This document shows positions 25,372-30,401 of a stretch of DNA of 30,401 bases, one piece after another (the first letter of the stretch is position 1; each line of letters opens with the position of its first letter). Made by a program: the position numbers and the translations under genes. The stretch lies in assembly GCA_040256005.1 (NCBI GenBank), contig JBDZWC010000023.1, positions 1 through 30,401 of the forward strand. Direction: 5' to 3'. The stretch comes from Deinococcaceae bacterium (GTDB taxonomy: Bacteria > Deinococcota > Deinococci > Deinococcales > Trueperaceae). Under the pieces are notes generated by a model. The model ran no database searches, was not told the origin of the DNA, and saw only the letters and a list, made by a program, of their open reading frames with translations.

Positions 25372-26580
25372 GTGACTCCGTTCCTCGAGCTCATGCTGGT
25401 GCTGGCGATCGTGCTCGCCGGCGCCAAGCTGGCCGGCTGGTTGATGGTGCGGCTGAACCAGCCTTCCGTGGTGGGCGAGATCGCGTTCGGGCTCATCCTG
25501 GGCCCGTCAGTCCTGAACCTCATGAGCTCGCCGCTGGTCACGCACCCGGCCGAGACGGGCGAGACGCTGCGCATGCTGGCGGAACTCGGCGTGGTCATGT
25601 TGATGTTCCTGGCCGGCTTGGAGACGGACCTGGGGGCCATGCGCGAGGTGGGTGTGCCGGCGTTCGCCGGAGCGGTTGGTGGTGTCATCCTGCCGTTCCT
25701 CGGGGGCTGGGGTTTGGGCGTGCTGGTCGGCATGCCCACGGGCGAGGCCGTCTTCCTCGGCACCATCCTCACCGCCACGAGCGTGTCGATAAGCGCTCAG
25801 ACCCTGCTCGAACTGAGGAAGTTGCGCACCAGGGAGGGCATGACGATCCTCGGGGCGGCCGTCATCGACGACGTGCTCGGCATACTCATGCTGTCGATCG
25901 TCGTGGCCCTGTTCGCGTCCACGGGTGGTGCGGCCACGCCCATCTGGTTGGTGGCCGTGAAGATGGTGGCGTACTTCGCCGTCGCGGTCCTGCTGGCCCC
26001 CCTGATGCAGAGGCTGCTCGGCTGGTTCGCCAAGTTGCCCATCGCCGAGCCGCTCATGGCAGGTGCACTCGTGCTGGTGCTCGTCTACTCCTGGTCGGCC
26101 GAGTACCTGGGCGGCGTCGCGGCCATCACGGGGGCGTACCTCATAGGCATCCTGCTCGGGCGTACCGAGCTAAAGCACAAGCTCGAGCAAGGAACGCAGA
26201 CGTTCACCTATGGGCTGCTGGTGTCAGTGTTCTTCGTGGACATAGGGCTCCGCGCCGACCTGGGGGCCGCGCTGCGGGGCGACCTCGTGTGGTTGGGCCT
26301 GGCGATCGTGCTCATCGCGACCGTCGCCAAGGTCATCGGAGCCGCCGCTGGTACGCGGCTGGCCGGGTTCTCGAACCTCGAGTCGGTACGGGTGGGTACC
26401 GGCATGGTCTCGCGGGGAGAGGTGGGGCTCATCGTCGCGGCGATCGGCGTCGAGCGCGGTGTGATACCGACGGACATCTTCGCCCTGATGGTCCTGATGG
26501 TCGTGGTGACGACGCTGATCACGCCGCTGCTGCTGCGGTGGACTTTCGGTATCGGTCAGCCTGCCGCAGAGATGGAGTGA
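25372..26580 (+). CDS. CPA2-family cation:proton antiporter (NapA-like)
   Basis: QPSVVGEI, LAELGVVMLMFLAGLETD, TATSVSI, GAAVIDDVLG and GMVSRGEV motifs. GTG 25372 lies 6 nt after GACACT. Confidence 0.92.
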   Translation: MTPFLELMLVLAIVLAGAKLAGWLMVRLNQPSVVGEIAFGLILGPSVLNLMSSPLVTHPAETGETLRMLAELGVVMLMFLAGLETDLGAMREVGVPAFAGAVGGVILPFLGGWGLGVLVGMPTGEAVFLGTILTATSVSISAQTLLELRKLRTREGMTILGAAVIDDVLGILMLSIVVALFASTGGAATPIWLVAVKMVAYFAVAVLLAPLMQRLLGWFAKLPIAEPLMAGALVLVLVYSWSAEYLGGVAAITGAYLIGILLGRTELKHKLEQGTQTFTYGLLVSVFFVDIGLRADLGAALRGDLVWLGLAIVLIATVAKVIGAAAGTRLAGFSNLESVRVGTGMVSRGEVGLIVAAIGVERGVIPTDIFALMVLMVVVTTLITPLLLRWTFGIGQPAAEME

Positions 26581-26702
26581 CACGGTGAGCTTCTGATAGA
26601 AGCAGTATCGACGACCGTCCTCCGCGCGCCCCTTGAGTCGGCGCGACACGTGCCCTAGCATGGTCGCGTCGTCACAAGCAGCCAACCTGGAGGGGGTGGG
26701 CC

Positions 26703-27722
26703 ATGTTGGAGTTCCCGGGTTCGCAAGGCAACCACAGGCCTCTCGCGACAGTGGTCATCACGCTACTGCTGGGCATCCTTCTCGCTGCCTGCGCACCGAC
26801 CGCGAGCAGTGGACAGACGGCTGGCCAGCGCTCTTCCCCTCAGACGGCGCTCGGCTCCCAGCGGGCGGCCTTGAGCCCGGCGTGCGCGTCGGCTGAGCAG
26901 GATGTAGCCATCCCGGACCCAGCGTTGGCTCGGGCCGTCATGAACAGCTTGAGATGGGACGACCGCGACGCGACCACCATCCCGTGCTCGCAGCTGGCCC
27001 GGATCACCTCGCTCATGGCTCGTGGCGTGGGTGACCTCGAGGGCCTCCAGTTCGCCGTGAACCTCTCATCGCTGAAGATCGAGGACTCAGATGTCGCCTC
27101 GCTCGCCCACCTCAACGGGCTAACGCGACTGCAGACGGTAGAGATCGTGAGAGGGAGCCTGGCCGGCCTGGACTCACTGAGCGACGTCCCGGCACTGACC
27201 GTCCTGAACGTAAGCGGGAACTCGATCGACGATCTGTCCGCCGTGGCGAGGTTCCCGCGACTGATTCACTTGCAGGCCAACGACAACAGACTCTCGGACA
27301 TCTCTTCCCTCTCCGTGCTTCGCGATCTGTATTGGCTCGAGCTGAGCGACAACGACATCGCTGACATCTCTGCCTTGGCTTCGCTCACGTCACTGGGGGT
27401 CCTGAAGCTCAACCGCAACGCCGTGACAGATGCCGGGCCGTTGGCGGGCTTGACGAAGCTGGGCTGGATCGAGCTGGAAGACAACCTCCTCACGGACGTG
27501 GACTTCGTCACGAACCTTGAGCTACGGATCCTGAAGCTCGCTCGCAACCACATCACGTCCGTCAGAGGCTTGGCCAGCAACAGGTCTCTCGGTGCTGAGC
27601 AACCGTACGACTTGCGGCACAACTGCATAGACCTAGCCTCGGCGGACCCGTTCCTTCAGGACATGCTCGAGCGCGGAACGTCCTTGTTGCTGGAACCACA
27701 GTCCGAGTGTTCCGCCGGCTGA
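26703..27722 (+). CDS. Leucine-rich-repeat lipoprotein (internalin-like 22-aa repeats)
   Basis: Lipobox LLAA-C, cap IPDPALARAV, about 9 LxxLxLxxNxIxDLxxL-type repeats; RBS GGAGGGGG; TAGCAT at 26656. Confidence 0.88.
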   Translation: MLEFPGSQGNHRPLATVVITLLLGILLAACAPTASSGQTAGQRSSPQTALGSQRAALSPACASAEQDVAIPDPALARAVMNSLRWDDRDATTIPCSQLARITSLMARGVGDLEGLQFAVNLSSLKIEDSDVASLAHLNGLTRLQTVEIVRGSLAGLDSLSDVPALTVLNVSGNSIDDLSAVARFPRLIHLQANDNRLSDISSLSVLRDLYWLELSDNDIADISALASLTSLGVLKLNRNAVTDAGPLAGLTKLGWIELEDNLLTDVDFVTNLELRILKLARNHITSVRGLASNRSLGAEQPYDLRHNCIDLASADPFLQDMLERGTSLLLEPQSECSAG

Positions 27723-27733
27723 CGGGAGATGGG

Positions 27734-30346
27734 TCAGTCCGCCGCCATCAGGCCGTGAGCCTCGACGCTTGGTGGCGGTGCGTCCGGGAACGCCAGCGCC
27801 TCGTCCAGAGGCACCTCCCGGCACTCGACGCCCGCGTCGGCCAACGCCGGCTCGAGGAACGCCAGGTTCCCCTTCCCGCGCTCGCTCGCGGTCAGGTAGA
27901 GCCTGTCGCGAGCCCGCGTGAGGGCCACGTACAGCAGGCGCCTGGCCTCGTCCTCCGACGCCAGCGCGCGCCTGTGCAGTAGGAGCCGCAGCACGACCGG
28001 GTCCGGGCTGTCCCCTTCCTCGCCCGCCAGCCTGACGCCCAGGCCGTGTTCGGCGTCGAGGACGAACGAGGTGTCGTCACCGGCGCCCTCGTAGCTGAGG
28101 TCGGCGACGAACACGACGGGCCACTCCAGCCCCTTGCTGCGGTGGACGGTGGTGAGCGTCACGGCGTCGCCCGGCTGGAGGACGGGCCGCGGCAGACTGG
28201 CGCCGGCCGCCTGGATGCGCCGCAGCTGCCTCGCGACCGTGAACGCGTCGCGGTGCCAGCCCTCGAGCTCGCGCACGACGCTCAGGAAGGCTCGCCAGTC
28301 CGCCAGACGGCGCCGCCCGCCGGACAGGTTCGCGACGACGGCCGAGTAACCGGTCGCCTCGTCGAGGGACTGCAGCAGCCGACTGGGCACAACGTCCCAA
28401 CGCTGGGCGAGCACGTCCTGGATCACGGACCTCGCCCGCGCCAGCTCCCCGCCCGGTTCGGAGGCGAGGAGGTGCTCCCACCAGCCGATCTCGCGCTCGC
28501 CCGCGCGTGGCTCGGCGGCAGTTCCCGCATCCGGCAGCGCAGACCCGCCATCCACCTGGAGATGCGACCTGTTCGGGCGCGGCAGCGTGGCGGCGAACCG
28601 GGCCAGAGCAGCGTCGTCCACGGCGAAGAACGGTGAACGCAGCAACGCCACCAGGGCGATCGAGTCGTCCTGGTCTGCCAGGAAGCGCAGGGCAGCGGCG
28701 CCGTCCTTGGCCTCACGCGTCTCCAGCAGGTCGCCGCCGGCGACCTCCACGGCCGGCACGCCGAGGGCAGGCAGCACAGCGGCGAACGTCTCGAAAGGAG
28801 CGCTGCCGCGAGCGAGCACGGCCACGTCGCCGAACCGGACCGGGCGCAACTGGTCCGTCTCGGGGTCGGCGACGGGCGTACCGGTCGCCACGAGGTCGCG
28901 GATCAGTCCAGCTAGTAAGTGGGCCTCGTTGAGCCTCCTCACCCTGCTGTTGCCCCGACCCACGCAGGCGTGGAACTGCATGTAGCTCCCGACCCGAGCG
29001 GGAGCGCTCCTCACGGCTCGCAGCGGCCCGTGAAGCCCGCGGAGGAGTGCCGCGAACACCGGCTCCTGCTCCACGGTCAGGCCCGCGTGAGCTCTGAACG
29101 TGCTGGTTAGCTCCACGTGCTGGCCGCCGGCAGCCACGATCCGATCACGGAACCGCCTGAAGACCTCCACGTCGGCGCCGCGGAAACCGTAGATGGACTG
29201 CTTCTCGTCGCCGACTACGGTGAAGGTGGAGCCCTCCATGAGGTGCTCCAGGATGAGTGCCTGCACGGGGTTCGTGTCCTGGAACTCGTCTACCAGTACG
29301 GCGCGCCAGCGTCGCCGGTAGTGGCGGCGTACGTGCTCGTGGGCCAGTGCGCGCAGCGCATGGAGCTCCAGGTCTGCGAAGCCGAGGACCCTGGCCTCGC
29401 GCCTGGCGGCTTCGAAGCGTGCAGACGTGAGTCCGTATGCGGTGCGGATGTGCGGCAGCATCGCCGCCAACGCGTCATCCGCCGCTCCCCACTGGATGGA
29501 GAGAACGCCCTTCTCGCACTCGGCCTTGATCGCGTCGCGGGCCGGTCCGAGGACCTCCTTGACGGCCTCGAGCGCGCCGGGCTGCCAGGCGTCCTTCTTG
29601 CCGCCACGCAGGTCGACGAGGTTGGCCAGCTCCGAAGCCCGCACCGGGTCGTGGTCCTCGAGCGCCGTCAGGGCGGCCAGGCAGGCTCGCCGCGCTATCT
29701 CCTTCTTGTCTCCTTCGGCTCCCGCGTGGGCGCTCAGGACGGCGCGCCATTCACGCCAGCGCGAGTCGGCGGCGATCCTCTCGTACGCTGCCCGGTGCTC
29801 CTCCGCCAGCATGGCTCGCCAGTCGTCCGGCCCACGCTCGAGCGCCGGGCCGGCGGCCAACGGGTCGGAGACGAGCGCGCCGAGGACGGTCCTCAGGACG
29901 TAGACGGGCACCGCAGACACCACCTCTGGCGGCAGCGCTGCGATGGCTTCCTCCAGCTGCTCGGCGTGCCACAGAGCACCCTCGACGTCGTCCAGGACTG
30001 TGAAGTCAGGGGCTACCTCGGCCTCGTCTGGGTGGTCGCGGCAGACGCGGGCGGCGAGAGCGTGGATCGTGCTGATCTGAGCGGCCTCCAGCTCCACTCG
30101 CGACCGCCTGTCCAAGGGCCGCTCCTCCCTGACAAGCGAGCGGATGCGGCTCCTCAGCTCGTCGGCGGCCTTCTCGGTGAAGGTGACGGCCACGACCTCG
30201 AGGGGGGAGAGCCCGCTCTCCAGGTGGCGCAGGTAGCGGTGGGCGAGCATCTTCGTCTTGCCGGTGCCGGCACCGGCGACCACCGCGACGGACCCGGGCG
30301 CCTCGACAGCCTGCGCCTGCTCGGGGGTGAGCCCCGCGACGCTCAC
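27734..30346 (-). CDS. UvrD/AddA-like SF1A helicase without a C-terminal nuclease domain
   Basis: AGAGTGKT, VTFTEKAA, STIH, LVDEFQDT, VGDEKQSIYGFRGAD, TVHRSKGLEW and LYVALTRARD motifs; ends about 50 aa after motif VI. Confidence 0.9.
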   Translation of the reverse strand: MSVAGLTPEQAQAVEAPGSVAVVAGAGTGKTKMLAHRYLRHLESGLSPLEVVAVTFTEKAADELRSRIRSLVREERPLDRRSRVELEAAQISTIHALAARVCRDHPDEAEVAPDFTVLDDVEGALWHAEQLEEAIAALPPEVVSAVPVYVLRTVLGALVSDPLAAGPALERGPDDWRAMLAEEHRAAYERIAADSRWREWRAVLSAHAGAEGDKKEIARRACLAALTALEDHDPVRASELANLVDLRGGKKDAWQPGALEAVKEVLGPARDAIKAECEKGVLSIQWGAADDALAAMLPHIRTAYGLTSARFEAARREARVLGFADLELHALRALAHEHVRRHYRRRWRAVLVDEFQDTNPVQALILEHLMEGSTFTVVGDEKQSIYGFRGADVEVFRRFRDRIVAAGGQHVELTSTFRAHAGLTVEQEPVFAALLRGLHGPLRAVRSAPARVGSYMQFHACVGRGNSRVRRLNEAHLLAGLIRDLVATGTPVADPETDQLRPVRFGDVAVLARGSAPFETFAAVLPALGVPAVEVAGGDLLETREAKDGAAALRFLADQDDSIALVALLRSPFFAVDDAALARFAATLPRPNRSHLQVDGGSALPDAGTAAEPRAGEREIGWWEHLLASEPGGELARARSVIQDVLAQRWDVVPSRLLQSLDEATGYSAVVANLSGGRRRLADWRAFLSVVRELEGWHRDAFTVARQLRRIQAAGASLPRPVLQPGDAVTLTTVHRSKGLEWPVVFVADLSYEGAGDDTSFVLDAEHGLGVRLAGEEGDSPDPVVLRLLLHRRALASEDEARRLLYVALTRARDRLYLTASERGKGNLAFLEPALADAGVECREVPLDEALAFPDAPPPSVEAHGLMAAD

Positions 30347-30401
30347 GGCGCCTCCTCGCGTTCGACCGAGTCCACCGTGGTCTTGCGCGACAAGTCGCCG
30401 C
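30343..30401 (-). CDS. 3' end of the upstream gene coupled to the helicase (possibly AddB-like)
   Basis: Open frame ...GDLSRKTTVDSVEREEAP* whose TGA overlaps the helicase GTG (GTGA). Identity is inferred only from context. Confidence 0.4.
   Translation of the reverse strand, partial: GDLSRKTTVDSVEREEAP

Noticed and set aside
25272..25778. 309-aa MarR ORF with a long N-terminal extension
   Set aside because: The extension is antisense to the antiporter; the MarR domain starts at GTG 25271.

Overview
High-GC chromosomal-looking bacterial DNA with about 30 genes and no rRNA, tRNA, CRISPR array or transposase/integrase that I can support. A Deinococcota (Trueperaceae-like) origin is inferred from frequent leaderless TANNNT-N5-9-start promoters, a LysW-like protein and a BTAD/STAND regulator; this is not verified. 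In order: prpD-prpC-prpB methylcitrate operon (-), orphan LysW-like Zn ribbon, DHA2 MFS plus tag, small protein divergent from a CGNR regulator, M23 peptidase/metallophosphoesterase/DUF1697, VOC protein, heterodimeric ABC exporter, fRMsr (GAF), P450 divergent from TetR, PNKP-like HAD phosphatase, DinB remnant, MacB-type ABC pair, beta carbonic anhydrase, a 57-aa ORF missing from the ORF track, BTAD-ATPase-TPR regulator, secreted protein, PhnB-like VOC, MarR, CPA2 antiporter, LRR lipoprotein and an AddA-like helicase. The most notable signals are: (1) SARP-type 11-bp-spaced heptamer repeats in front of both neighbours of the BTAD regulator; (2) two related 11-bp-periodic GTGNNCAC arrays bracketing the ABC/carbonic anhydrase block; (3) a LysW paralog lacking the C-terminal EDWGE; (4) tandem 30-bp operator-like units beside the CGNR regulator. 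All family calls rest on motif recognition by eye, not on database searches.
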